A stretch of 64,000 bases of DNA. It comes from an uncultured virus (IMG/VR IMGVR_UViG_3300033148_007826) (Duplodnaviria; Heunggongvirae; Uroviricota; Caudoviricetes). Positions within the stretch are counted from its first letter, which is position 1. Each line of letters begins with the position of its first letter. Positions 9,820-20,600 of this stretch are shown here, piece by piece. Both the position numbers and the translations under genes were made by a program. The notes beneath the pieces were generated by a model that was not told the origin of the DNA, did not search any database, and saw only the letters and a program-made list of their open reading frames with translations. The stretch lies in IMG/VR virus record IMGVR_UViG_3300033148_007826, one strand, 5' to 3'.

Positions 9820-11403
9820 CTATTTAGGAACGTGGCAACCGTCATTCTGCATCTGACCGCCGACCTTCTTGCAATCTCTGGTGCTCATATCGGCGACTAT
9901 GACTTCCTTTCTTGCGGCAATGATGTAGGCCACTATTAAGACGACGACGACAGCGGCGAATGCTGCCACGATGTAGAGGAGGGTCGTCTGGTCTATCTGG
10001 ATGTCCCCGGCGAATTCGAGATTGAACTGCCTATCGGTTTCCCCACTGACCTCGGAGATGACGGACCTGTTCATCGCCTGAACGCATGAGGCTGTCACGA
10101 CGACTGGGATTCTCTGCTGTGAAATTCCCAGATTGGCTCCAGGTATTTCTATCGAGAGCGTGAGGTCTTCGTACTCGCCAGCTTCTACAGATACATCATA
10201 AGGATGCTCGTATATGGTTCCAGTGTACTTGACGATGGTTGTGTCTATCTTTGCATCGTACACACCATAAGAGTCGCTAACGAGTCCATTGGTTGCACTG
10301 TCGTAGGTGTCGCCCGTGACGGGGCCGCTCACTACTGAAACGGCTCCGGGGTTGGCTATTGCATCCTCATGGTCCAGAATCGGAAAGCCCTCAATTGTGA
10401 TGACATCCCTGTAGAACCCGCCAAGGACAGAGCCGTTGGCGTTCTTGATGAGGAACTTCCACCCCAGGTCGGCGTAGAACTGATTGCCGATAACGTTGAG
10501 CCTCACAGTTTCATTCACGAGAGCTGACCCATAAACTCTGAAATCGAAATCCACTGTCGTATTCGGTGAGATGCTGGTTTCATTGCTTTCGGAGAGCAAC
10601 AGCAGATTGACATCATAATCGTCCTCGACAACTGTGGTCGTGATGGTCTGGGTCAGAACACTGGAAGTTGAGAGTGATGTCATGGTCACGTTGAACGTCA
10701 GAGTATCGCCGACAACCGCATCAGCGGCGGGTTCCACATCGACGTAGAACGTGCTGAATCCGGTTGCGGGTATCTGAACGTAGTCAATCTCATCATTGAT
10801 GGAGTGTACCCCAGAAGTCCCGTGGGCCAGCATCGACCAGCCGAAGGTGACGTTGAAAGCCCTGTTGTAGTCTATGCTGAAATCGGAGAAGGCGACCTGA
10901 ACGGTGTCATCTGAGTTGCCTTCGTTGTATAGTACAACATCGTATTCCGTCCAAGAACCGAGTGCGACAACGCCTGTGAACCTAGCGGGGAGTGAATATA
11001 TCTGAGTGTCAATGATTTCATCGACTATGAGGGTCACGGTGAAACTGCCCGCTCTGGTGTTGGAGAACTCCACGTTCAGGGGGAACTCCTGTCCATACTG
11101 GACGCCACTACCAGCCGTGAGATTGATGTAGACCGCAACTGTTGAGAGTGCGGGCACAGTGATTTGACTGGTCTGATAATCGAGAATGTAGCCTTCTGGC
11201 GGCTCCTCGACAACGACGAACGTTGTTGCCGATTCGGTTCCTGGGTTGTAAACCTCGAACAGATAGGAGGCGTCGCCGTTCGGGAGAATGTAGCTCACGG
11301 TGTCCTCTTGGCTGATAACTAGGTTGTCGGTCTGTCCCATCACCGTCGGGATGGCGGTTATGGTCATCAGCAAAGCCAGTATAACTGTAATTGTTCTTTT
11401 CAT
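9820..11403 (-). CDS. Ig-like (NEW3/COG1470-like) surface protein with C-terminal TM and Cys-pair tail
   Basis: Signal peptide, V-x-N-x-G beta-sandwich repeats, TM, tail CKKVGGQMQNDGC. Confidence 0.75.
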   Translation of the reverse strand: MKRTITVILALLMTITAIPTVMGQTDNLVISQEDTVSYILPNGDASYLFEVYNPGTESATTFVVVEEPPEGYILDYQTSQITVPALSTVAVYINLTAGSGVQYGQEFPLNVEFSNTRAGSFTVTLIVDEIIDTQIYSLPARFTGVVALGSWTEYDVVLYNEGNSDDTVQVAFSDFSIDYNRAFNVTFGWSMLAHGTSGVHSINDEIDYVQIPATGFSTFYVDVEPAADAVVGDTLTFNVTMTSLSTSSVLTQTITTTVVEDDYDVNLLLLSESNETSISPNTTVDFDFRVYGSALVNETVRLNVIGNQFYADLGWKFLIKNANGSVLGGFYRDVITIEGFPILDHEDAIANPGAVSVVSGPVTGDTYDSATNGLVSDSYGVYDAKIDTTIVKYTGTIYEHPYDVSVEAGEYEDLTLSIEIPGANLGISQQRIPVVVTASCVQAMNRSVISEVSGETDRQFNLEFAGDIQIDQTTLLYIVAAFAAVVVVLIVAYIIAARKEVIVADMSTRDCKKVGGQMQNDGCHVPK

Positions 11404-11408
11404 TGAAA

Positions 11409-12770
11409 TCACTCCTTAATCTTGCCCTCATACTCGGTTCCGTTCTTTCTCCTCGTTGCGACAACTGCGAATGAGATTATGATGACTATGAGAACTGCCG
11501 CTATTGCGATAATTGCGATTGTGTAACTTGATTCCACTTCCACCGAGGCATATGCATCGGCTTCCGCACCGCCGACCTCATATGAATCCGTGACGCTGTT
11601 CTTGTTGTTGATGGCCACGGTCACGGTGGCGGCAAGGTTGTCGCCTTTTACGGCATCCTCCCCGGCGGTGACGGCTATTCTGTAAACATCTCCGGTTTCG
11701 CCAGGTTGAAGGTCGGCGGTTAAGAGGTCTTCCACATCCGTCCACTCGGCCCCATCCCATGACTGGAGTTTGGCAGTAATCGAACCAGTTATAGTCGTTG
11801 AGAGTTCGAGAGTGTAATCGTATGTACTGTTTGATGCACCATTTTCCACCCTGAAGTTCAAGTATCCTGTTTCCCCTGCAAGAAGGTCCAGACCTGATGC
11901 TCCGAATGGTACGATGTCTATACTTATTGATGGGCTTCCAGTCTTGGCAAAATGAGAGTATGGAGTGGATGAAACCCATTCTGTGTCAACTCCCGAACCG
12001 TTCAACCTGTAACGAAGGTCAAAAGAAGTTTGGCGTAAGGTGGAAACGTTTGTGGCGAGGGTTGACGAATATTCGAATCGCAGATAGGCGGATTGCGTTC
12101 CGATGGCTGGGAATGATATTTGGTGGGCCGCCGGGGATGCCGCCTTTGTCCATTCATCAGCAATGTTGAGCTTGTAATACAATGCTGGGTAATCCTCAGT
12201 TTCCCTCCAGTCATCCGGGTTTGCTAAGACTTCTGTGAATTTGACTGTGTAGACCCTCAGACCAAGCATATTATGGAGTGTGAGGTCCACACTAGCTGGT
12301 TCGCCGTTGGCGACCTCTTCAGCAAGAGGTGGTGCGGTTGCAGTTGTATGGAGTTCCAACCATGTTCCAGCCCTGACAGTCGCTTCCCAGGTCTGCTCGT
12401 CGCCGTATCCCCTTCCCGTAGCTGCGAAAAGTTGAATCGAGAGGTTCGTCAATTCGGCGTCATCATCGGCGGTGAGAGTGAGGTTGAAATAGAGCGTTTC
12501 GTATGCATCTATATAGAATTGCTCCCTATCGTTCAGGTCCACAGTCAGACCGTCGGCAGCCAGATATGTGATGGTAACGCTGGTTCCGCTCGTATCGTTG
12601 TTCACGACCTTGTAGGCAACGTCGATTGATTGTCCCTGGTTCAGTTCGATGTCTTCGTCGAGTATAACGATGTCCACGCCCACAGTTTGGCCCGAGGCCA
12701 TTGGTAGAGCGATGATTGTGAACATCATCACTGCCAAAAGAGTTCCGATTGTCTTTGTCCTGTCTTTCAT
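11409..12770 (-). CDS. Ig-like (NEW3-like) surface protein with C-terminal TM
   Basis: Signal peptide, beta-sandwich repeats, TM followed by RRK. Confidence 0.75.
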   Translation of the reverse strand: MKDRTKTIGTLLAVMMFTIIALPMASGQTVGVDIVILDEDIELNQGQSIDVAYKVVNNDTSGTSVTITYLAADGLTVDLNDREQFYIDAYETLYFNLTLTADDDAELTNLSIQLFAATGRGYGDEQTWEATVRAGTWLELHTTATAPPLAEEVANGEPASVDLTLHNMLGLRVYTVKFTEVLANPDDWRETEDYPALYYKLNIADEWTKAASPAAHQISFPAIGTQSAYLRFEYSSTLATNVSTLRQTSFDLRYRLNGSGVDTEWVSSTPYSHFAKTGSPSISIDIVPFGASGLDLLAGETGYLNFRVENGASNSTYDYTLELSTTITGSITAKLQSWDGAEWTDVEDLLTADLQPGETGDVYRIAVTAGEDAVKGDNLAATVTVAINNKNSVTDSYEVGGAEADAYASVEVESSYTIAIIAIAAVLIVIIISFAVVATRRKNGTEYEGKIKE

Positions 12771-12790
12771 CAACATTCCTCCTTTAATCG

Positions 12791-14224
12791 TCAATATCTT
12801 CCCCCGCCTAGTGGTCCCTTCCTACTACCCTTTTCCTTGGGCTGGCACATATCAAGTGCCGGATTCCAGTCGCCACCTTTGGCTTCGCACTGAATCATTT
12901 GCATCTTGATGGCAGTTCGCCTCTGGACAAAGTAAAGTACGAGTAAGATGGATACTACTGCAACAATGAGAATGGCCCACCAATATTCAAGCAATGTGGC
13001 AGAGAATGGTGTCGGTGCTTCTGGCTGGGCCGAGCCGAAACCGAGATTCTCGAAGATGCGTGAGGTCACTCTTGCCTCCACAATAACTCCGAGAGCGATG
13101 GTGTCAGAGCCGGAGCGAACTCCCTCTGTTGGCGTGACCTGAAGCTGGAATTTCCTGGTTTCCCCGGTATCAATCGAGGTAATATAGGAATTGTCTATGG
13201 TCGAGTTGGTCCAATCGCCCTTTCCATTTATCCGGGCCGTATCGTATTCCCCGGTAACGGTGTTGTACTCGTACAGCTTGACATTCCACTTGTTGAGAAT
13301 CCCTGTAGGTGTATCCCCAATGCCTCCCGTGTAGAACTTGAGAGCTAGGGGGGCTTCCACGAGTCCAACATTCGATATTGTGAAATTGTAGAATGCAGTT
13401 TCGCCGATTCCGAGATTCTTCGTGTTGATTTCTCCAGAGGCGAGGTCCATGCTGATGCTGTAGACGTTCTCGGTCACACCCACGAATCTTCCTGTAGCGG
13501 TCAATTCGGTGATTGTGCCTGTGACCTTCGCTTTTACCTGTATCCAATGCGAAGTATTCGTACCAATCAGAGGGGTGATGAGAATATCATATTGGGATTG
13601 AACCGTCACTTGAGATACAGAAGTTGTTATGGTAAACAGTTGCTCCCATGAGATTGCCGGACTTTCCGTTTGACCGGAATGGCTTACGACCTCGTATCCC
13701 GCCGAGAACGTTTCAGTTGATATACCGAGGACGTTCACTTTGAGAGGATAGGCGTCACCAGGGTTTGTAGTAATCCTCGTTTCGTAGGATGTTCCAATGT
13801 TCAGACCCCACGCAACTTCCACTGGAGTTCCCGATACCGTAGTGACATATTCCTGAACATCTACGAATCCACCACGGCTGGAAGTGGCTTCCAGTTGGGC
13901 GACATATGAATCTCCTGGGTCCACTCCTTCGCTGGAGTTGACCCAAAGATAGGATAATGCATACGAACCCGCCGGAACCAATATGACCGACGGGGTTATG
14001 GATGTTGTCCAGTTCGATGTCGGATTGGCGATAGACAGGGATACCGTTATGTCATAGTCCACCTGGCTCACAATCGTTATATTGTAAGCGGCGGAGCCAC
14101 CGACAGATATGGATTGGTTCTGTTCTCCACTGATGATGAACGGCTCTGTTGCTGTGGCTGGTATGTTCACTATCAGCAGAGCCAGTACCAGGCCCACTAT
14201 CATGATGCCTATTTTCCTCGACAT
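12791..14224 (-). CDS. Ig-like (NEW3-like) surface protein with C-terminal TM and Cys-pair tail
   Basis: Signal peptide, TM, tail CEAKGGDWNPALDMC. Confidence 0.75.
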   Translation of the reverse strand: MSRKIGIMIVGLVLALLIVNIPATATEPFIISGEQNQSISVGGSAAYNITIVSQVDYDITVSLSIANPTSNWTTSITPSVILVPAGSYALSYLWVNSSEGVDPGDSYVAQLEATSSRGGFVDVQEYVTTVSGTPVEVAWGLNIGTSYETRITTNPGDAYPLKVNVLGISTETFSAGYEVVSHSGQTESPAISWEQLFTITTSVSQVTVQSQYDILITPLIGTNTSHWIQVKAKVTGTITELTATGRFVGVTENVYSISMDLASGEINTKNLGIGETAFYNFTISNVGLVEAPLALKFYTGGIGDTPTGILNKWNVKLYEYNTVTGEYDTARINGKGDWTNSTIDNSYITSIDTGETRKFQLQVTPTEGVRSGSDTIALGVIVEARVTSRIFENLGFGSAQPEAPTPFSATLLEYWWAILIVAVVSILLVLYFVQRRTAIKMQMIQCEAKGGDWNPALDMCQPKEKGSRKGPLGGGRY

Positions 14225-14252
14225 TGGTATCGCCTTCCTGCGGATGTTCTGT

Positions 14253-14747
14253 CTACTTGTACTTGATGACAAGTGCGATGACGACGATGATGATGATGGC
14301 AGCCACGGCTATGATTGCCACCCAGACCCATGGGTTGGACCAGAAGGATACTCCCGGTGCGGCTGGGGCTCCGGCCCTCGTTAGGGTGATGGTAACTATC
14401 TGACGGGTTTCGTTGAGGTCGGTGATGAGACTCGCCGAGCCCTCATAGTCCACGCCGCCGGATGTCACAGTCGCTTCGACAACGAGAACGTCCCCGTCCC
14501 TCAATCCATTCTCCAGGTTGAGAGCAGAAAGGGCGAACTTGCCGCCGTTATCTGTTATTTCGATTACACTTGTGTCATTCGTCCTTTGATTGGTGAGGAA
14601 GACACTAGCATCGTCTACGCCGACATCATTGAGCTTGACGGTTCCGAAGATAGCGTGTTCGTCCTGATACGCAGAGGCCGTGAAGCCGACCAGGATGACA
14701 GTCAATAGCAGGCAGATTGCTCCGATTGAGATTATCTTGTTGTTCAT
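14253..14747 (-). CDS. Carboxypeptidase-regulatory-like domain protein with TM anchor (paralog of 25154-25681)
   Basis: SAYQDEHAIFGTV...LTNQRT similar to SASQDPYVIAG...LFNQRT. Confidence 0.75.
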   Translation of the reverse strand: MNNKIISIGAICLLLTVILVGFTASAYQDEHAIFGTVKLNDVGVDDASVFLTNQRTNDTSVIEITDNGGKFALSALNLENGLRDGDVLVVEATVTSGGVDYEGSASLITDLNETRQIVTITLTRAGAPAAPGVSFWSNPWVWVAIIAVAAIIIIVVIALVIKYK

Positions 14748-14749
14748 TT

Positions 14750-17239
14750 CTACCACCTCCCTAGAGTGGTTTCCGATTCAAGGAAGACCCAGAAGCCTTC
14801 CTCGAATGCCACCTCATGGGCTGATGCTTCAGGGCTACCTTCGAGTAGCGTCCTGTAGATACCATCATCGTCCCTGTAGGTGAAGGTTGTCGCTCCGAAC
14901 ATCACCATAACGTCCTGAGCCGTGTAGTCGAACTGATAGTAGCTGATTCCCACGAAGCTAACCCCGGCGGGGAATGTGACTCCGGCAAGTCCCGTGGTTT
15001 CATTAGTAGTGAGAATCGGGATAGTTATATTCACTGTAGAGTTCACATGAATCATATATGCAGTGTGGCCGTTGAGGGGCGCATTATCTCCAAAGAGTCC
15101 TAGTTCCGCACCTGCGTCCAGAGCTACATGATACACACCGTTGTCGTCCCTCCACGTTATCATCTCGACATATTCGTTGTCGAGGAGGTCGTACACGGTG
15201 AAGTTGGCGTGTGGTGTGTATGGGAATGAAACGACGTTGAAGCCGGGTACGAGGGTGATGTTCTGAATGGCGGTAGTCACCTGATTCTCAAGAGGGCCTA
15301 TCTCGAAGTAGGTCGTATCATTGTCACCATCATCGTTCACAGTGTAGTAAACGACGTTCTCGAATGAATCATTGCTTGCGAGCGTGTCGTTCCACGAGGA
15401 GGTATTGATGACGTAGTATCCGTCAGGAATGGTGAAGTATACCTCAACGTTCTTGTTGCTCGAAGAGGCCGAATCAATCGTCAGGTTGTGGTATTCCAGA
15501 GAGTTGTCAACATCCGCTGTGACGTTTCCGGTCTGGCCCATGAAGACATAGCCGATGTCCTCAACTGGGCCGTACTCGAATGTGAGCGTTGTGATGCTCT
15601 CCGTCAGGTTGAAGTCGTAATACTCACCGTCCATTAACATCTCGATGTTGTTGTCGGTGTCGTACCAGGCGGGGTCGTCATCGAAGATGAACTCGACCAT
15701 ATCGAGAGTTTCGGCCTCGGTGATTGTCCCGTCCATGTTGCCGAACAAGTCCGCCCAGTAGAGGAGGAGGTATATTCCGTTGTCCTGAACTTCCATGTAT
15801 TCTCCGGTTCCGTTCCTCCAGTCGTCCAGTGTGATGTTATAGTAGGTTCCGGCGTTCCCCCTGGCGGTTCCCATGGTTTCCAGAACGATGTCGTGTGTGG
15901 TGTTCTCCGTGATTTCATCGAGGTGGTCAGTCATGAAGGCATGGTCGTAGGAGTCCACGGTTAGGTAATATGTGAAATTCGCCTCATTCGGGACGTACAT
16001 CTCATAGTAACCAGTCGCATTGGTCGTCGTGTAGTTGAGTGCCAGGAAAGTCCCGAGAATCAGGGCTCCGTTGTTCCTGTTGTACGCAAAGATGTTCACA
16101 TCTTCTCCATCAACGGGCTCACCATCTTCATCGGTGATAGTTCCGTTAAGGGTGATGTTCTCGTTTGCGGAGTGCATGGTGATGTTAAGTTCGGTGAGTT
16201 CGAGAGCGTCGGGGAAGACCTTGTGCATCTCGCCATAGTATCCATCAGTCTCGGCAAGGACGCAAAGACCATGCTCCGAATAGTTCTGGTCGAACTCGTA
16301 CATTCCGCCCGGAAGGAAGTATCCATCATAACCAGCCGAGAAGAACTCCTCGGGGGTGAAGGTGAACACCACATTCGAGGGGTCGTCAATGAGATTGCCT
16401 GATTCGTCCACGAGGTATCCCTGAACATGAGTCACGAGGTCGTCCGTGAAGACCAAGGTGGCAACGTCGTTGGTATCGAGAGTGTAAGTCCAATTTCCTT
16501 GCCATCCGACCTGGGAGGTTTCCGCCCAATTCCCGGCAATCGGATACTCCTCATTGTAGGTGTATCCGTAGTAGTAGACGTACTCGGAGTCCATCGTGTA
16601 CCATGCTGTGCTGAGTGGGATGACGAACTCTGCCTGAGAATGGTCCTCGGCGTTGTATTCGGAGGCGGCGAAGGTCCAGTTGAAGTCCACGCCGAAAATG
16701 CTGTAATTTCCGGCTGAATCGGCGGTGCTTCCCCAGTATCCACCATAATCCCTATTGTGCCAGTCGTTGTAGAAGTCGGTGATATAAGCACCCTCTATCT
16801 CATCACTGCTGATATTGTAATATATGTTTTGAGCAAATGAGGGTTCGTATGTGTCATTGAAATAGCCATCATGGTCTATGTCAATTTGGATGTCGAAATA
16901 CGTTTCACCCAAATCCCATAAACTTGGATATGTGGCGTTGATGACTGAGGCATTCTCGAAGATGAAGTCACACCATATATACAGATAATCCCCATCTGTC
17001 TTGAACGTGAGATAAAAGTCCTCAGCGTCGTTGTAAAAGGTCGTCTGGTGTCCATCATACTCGCCTGCCGTGTTCAGGCCGTCAATGGTCATCGCTTCAG
17101 TCGAATAGGTGGCCGTGTGTTCCGTACCAGTCTCTATTCCGACAGTCGTTTCCCAACCAGATGCCATGCCGCTGAATACAGTCAGCATAGCGACGGTCAT
17201 GAGCATAGCCCCGATAATCGTGGTCTGAACCTTCTTCAT
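14750..17239 (-). CDS. Large acidic secreted surface glycoprotein with C-terminal LxxGxN domain
   Basis: Signal peptide, many N-x-S/T sequons, ITLVPGFNVVSFP; AGGTGAG RBS; class A promoter 17284-17305. Confidence 0.8.
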   Translation of the reverse strand: MKKVQTTIIGAMLMTVAMLTVFSGMASGWETTVGIETGTEHTATYSTEAMTIDGLNTAGEYDGHQTTFYNDAEDFYLTFKTDGDYLYIWCDFIFENASVINATYPSLWDLGETYFDIQIDIDHDGYFNDTYEPSFAQNIYYNISSDEIEGAYITDFYNDWHNRDYGGYWGSTADSAGNYSIFGVDFNWTFAASEYNAEDHSQAEFVIPLSTAWYTMDSEYVYYYGYTYNEEYPIAGNWAETSQVGWQGNWTYTLDTNDVATLVFTDDLVTHVQGYLVDESGNLIDDPSNVVFTFTPEEFFSAGYDGYFLPGGMYEFDQNYSEHGLCVLAETDGYYGEMHKVFPDALELTELNITMHSANENITLNGTITDEDGEPVDGEDVNIFAYNRNNGALILGTFLALNYTTTNATGYYEMYVPNEANFTYYLTVDSYDHAFMTDHLDEITENTTHDIVLETMGTARGNAGTYYNITLDDWRNGTGEYMEVQDNGIYLLLYWADLFGNMDGTITEAETLDMVEFIFDDDPAWYDTDNNIEMLMDGEYYDFNLTESITTLTFEYGPVEDIGYVFMGQTGNVTADVDNSLEYHNLTIDSASSSNKNVEVYFTIPDGYYVINTSSWNDTLASNDSFENVVYYTVNDDGDNDTTYFEIGPLENQVTTAIQNITLVPGFNVVSFPYTPHANFTVYDLLDNEYVEMITWRDDNGVYHVALDAGAELGLFGDNAPLNGHTAYMIHVNSTVNITIPILTTNETTGLAGVTFPAGVSFVGISYYQFDYTAQDVMVMFGATTFTYRDDDGIYRTLLEGSPEASAHEVAFEEGFWVFLESETTLGRW

Positions 17240-17283
17240 GATACTCACCTTATGGTCTTCCAAACTCGCTACGATTAAGGAAG

Positions 17284-17305
17284 TATATATACGTTTGTAA
17301 TCAAT
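17284..17305 (-). promoter_or_regulatory. Class A promoter motif, representative copy (consensus TTGRTTACAAAYNTATWTATA; about 17 copies)
   Basis: Copies near 2560, 3465, 6467, 17284, 25711, 26771, 27223, 32435, 32833, 39527, 43916, 44366, 46339, 46993, 47346, 47722, 51804, 60486, 63519, each just upstream of a gene start. Confidence 0.85.
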
Positions 17306-17329
17306 CGTCGATTTCCGCTTGGGGTAATT

Positions 17330-17629
17330 CTATTTCAATTCCCATGAATCCGGCTCGCCCCTGATTCTCGCCAGCTTCTTCCGCCCGCCGGATGTTACTC
17401 TCATGATGAGTCGTTTAGCGGCAGCCGTCTGTGGAACCAATTGACGCCGCTCAACCGTGTACTGGTCTTTCGGAAGCAGGTAACTCTGGGTCTGAGGACG
17501 CTTCTTCCCCGGAACTTTGCATGAACGCCTGAGATGATTTCCAGGTCGTCCGATGTCCTGTGTTCTTATGGTCCCTGGTTCACATTCCGTCTTGTGGTCC
17601 CTTACGACGATTGAGTAGAAATTCTTCAT
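17330..17629 (-). CDS. Small basic hypothetical protein
   Basis: GAGGT RBS right after upstream stop; 99 aa. Confidence 0.6.
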   Translation of the reverse strand: MKNFYSIVVRDHKTECEPGTIRTQDIGRPGNHLRRSCKVPGKKRPQTQSYLLPKDQYTVERRQLVPQTAAAKRLIMRVTSGGRKKLARIRGEPDSWELK

Positions 17630-17638
17630 CAGAATACC

Positions 17639-20600
17639 TCATAGGTCCAATGTCTGCTCGATTTTTGAGTGGACGAGGATGGCACTTCCTCTCGGGATTG
17701 TCACGGATTCGTATCCTGGTAGAATCGTCCTGTAGACGCCATCCGCAGATTTGTAAGTGAGCGTGTTCAACTCGTAGTACAGGAACAGTTCATCGCTCTG
17801 AACGGTCTTCAAGACCGGGATGAACCCGAAATCGTTGAAACCGACAATAATTGGAGCAGAGTTTAGAGGGTCGCCCGCTATCGGCAGGACATATGATTGA
17901 TTGAAGAACATGAAGTAAGGCACTCCGCCCGTGATGTTTCCCCTGGCTGACGAAGGTGTGCCTGCATATAATGTTCGGTAAACGCCGCTGACCCTGGATG
18001 TTATTGTTATAATGTTGTAACCTGATGCATGAAGGGCTTGCACGAATTCGAGGGTGGTAAACTCGACGTTGAGCGGGATGGTCAGTAGATTAGAGCCCTT
18101 GTTCAGTTCCATATTGTAGCTTCCGAAGGCGAATTCAATGCCGTCGGCTTTTGTAGATGAGTATCCGATACGGCTGAGTGTTTCCCCCTGGTATGTGGCA
18201 GTTACATTGTATTCTAGTCTATCGTATTCGCCATTATCCTCGATTGTATAGGCCGTGATTATTGGATAATCCTGGTATGACGCCCTATTTCCGCCTGAGA
18301 GATTGTACGAATCAGCGAATGACCAGCCAAGGATGTCCTGATTCTCTATGAATCCACGGCTGGATGTCCTGAATTCCCCGTAGTCCGTACTCTCACCCTC
18401 AATATCCACCTGGATGTTGTTGAGCGGGCCAATATCCACAGTCGGGTTCCTCTTGAACTGCGATAGGACTGGTTCGAAGCTTGCTTCTATCGTGGTCGTA
18501 TAGCCCACTCCGAGGATGGAGGTACTATCCATCTCGTAGCCAGCGATGTGATGATTGTCCACCATGAATACCTGGCTGTCCGTCAAATCCCAGGATACCA
18601 TGTTGTTCGGTATCGAGAAGTTGAAACCCATCATGAGGATGTTTGCGTTCACCGCCATAAAGCCGTCCCTGTCAGTTACCAGAGAGCTTTGGGTGAATTG
18701 TGCAGTTCCGTCTATCTTCATGGAGTGCGTGTATGGATGGCCTTCCTCCGGGTGGAACAGGTCACCATAGCTGTAGAAGGTGGTTCCCCTCGATACGAAC
18801 GGCATGAAACCGCCGTAATCGCCACTTCTCGATGTTACTGTCGAGTTCCTGAAAGTCACCGCTTGGCTTGCTTTGGTCATTACGGCATATCTCAACTCGA
18901 TGTTCGAGTTCTCAGTCCATACTCCATGCAGGGCCGAGTCCAGGTCTGCGCTCAGAAGTGTTCCTCCTGTATTCTCCAGATAGAAACCATTGGCGATTCC
19001 CCTCATTGTAACGTTGTCGCCGTACAATGTGCAATCATAGAGCGTTATCACATAAGGGTATGCCGACCTCGCCCAGAAGTTGTAAGCCTCGAAATCCGTG
19101 ATGGTGATTGTTATGTCGTGCGCCTCAAAACCAGTGTTGTTCATCGTCGTGCCATCAATAGTTCCATTCCCACCAGTTGCGTTTATTGTCGTGGCGTTAC
19201 TGGATATTATTGTTGAGTCTCTGATTAAGAACTCCCCGATGATGTTCACTGTTCCGTTTAGTTCGCCCTCGGATTCAATTAAGATTATCATATTGGAGAA
19301 TTCGGGCCAAAGTAGTGTTATATCCGGGGTGATAATGATTTCACGGAAATATATTTCATATTCCCTACCTGCCATCATTTCTGTCCAGGCATAGTTGCCC
19401 GCCGCCGATGGTGTGACAAGTGTTGAGTTGGATACGTTCAAGTTCTGAATCTCACCCTGGACCCAGCCTGTCCCAGCGATATTCATGCTGACGTTATAGC
19501 TATAGTAATACATCAAAGTCGAAGTCTTGTTCCAGACCCGCAATTCCACAGTCCCGTTCCCAGGCAGAGTTGTCGTGTGGTCCACTTCAGAGAACGTCAT
19601 GTTATTTGTATTCAATGGCACTGTTATTTCCGTATCATCAAGGTATACAACCCAGTTATTGAATATTGGTGGACCAGCAAAGGATATTTTCGATGTGTCG
19701 ATGGCGGTGTTTTTCAGGTATGTCGCACTACCGAATGTAGATATTGCGAGAGAGGACGCTCCAGATAGGTCGGAATCATAGATATAACATAGGGCATTCG
19801 TTCCCACTGAGAATCCTTTGACGGTGTTCGTAGTGGCATTATAGAACGAGATGTTGCACGTTGAGCCCACTGTCCAGCCCTGACCGTCGATTGCCAGGGT
19901 ATTGTTGATATACCCTGTAGTGCTTGTGAACTGCCCCATCAACGAGTTCGAGATGTCGTGTTCCCCAGTGTATCCATCAATAAGCACTTGTGTTGAAGTC
20001 AGGTATGGGTAGGTGTCGTTGCCATAGCAGTCGCTCATCGTGAGGTTGCCATTGACCAGACGGATTGAGACATTCCCGGCCCCGGCGACCCCATCAATAA
20101 ATGACGTATCGGATACAGTATAGTTAGAGTAGGTCGAGTCGAAGCCCTCGACGAAGCCGTGGAACACGGAGTCCGTCACGGTCACTGTGCAAGAGTCAAT
20201 ATCGAATATCTCGCTGAACCTCCAGGTGTAGAGGTCGTTCATCTCGACTATGCAGTGGTCAATATTGAAACCATCTATCGCATGAGTTCCGTTGAACTCG
20301 ATGGAGTTGAGGATAAGGTAGGTTGCGCCGGATACGTTCCATGTGGAGTTCTTAATTGTTCCGTTCCGATTGAATGAATAGAAATGGAGGCTCTTGTTGA
20401 TGGTGGCATTTTGATATTCCCACGTTCCGTTGAAGATGCGTAGCACGTTTCCGGCAGAAGCGGCGGTTACTGCGGTCTGGATTGAGGCGAAACCCTTGGA
20501 AAGATTCTCGTTCGTGACCATAAGTGGTGGTTGGGCGAGATGGTATGCCTGAGTAATCGGGTAATAATCCTTTGAACCAGCAGTACCCAATAAAGATGTG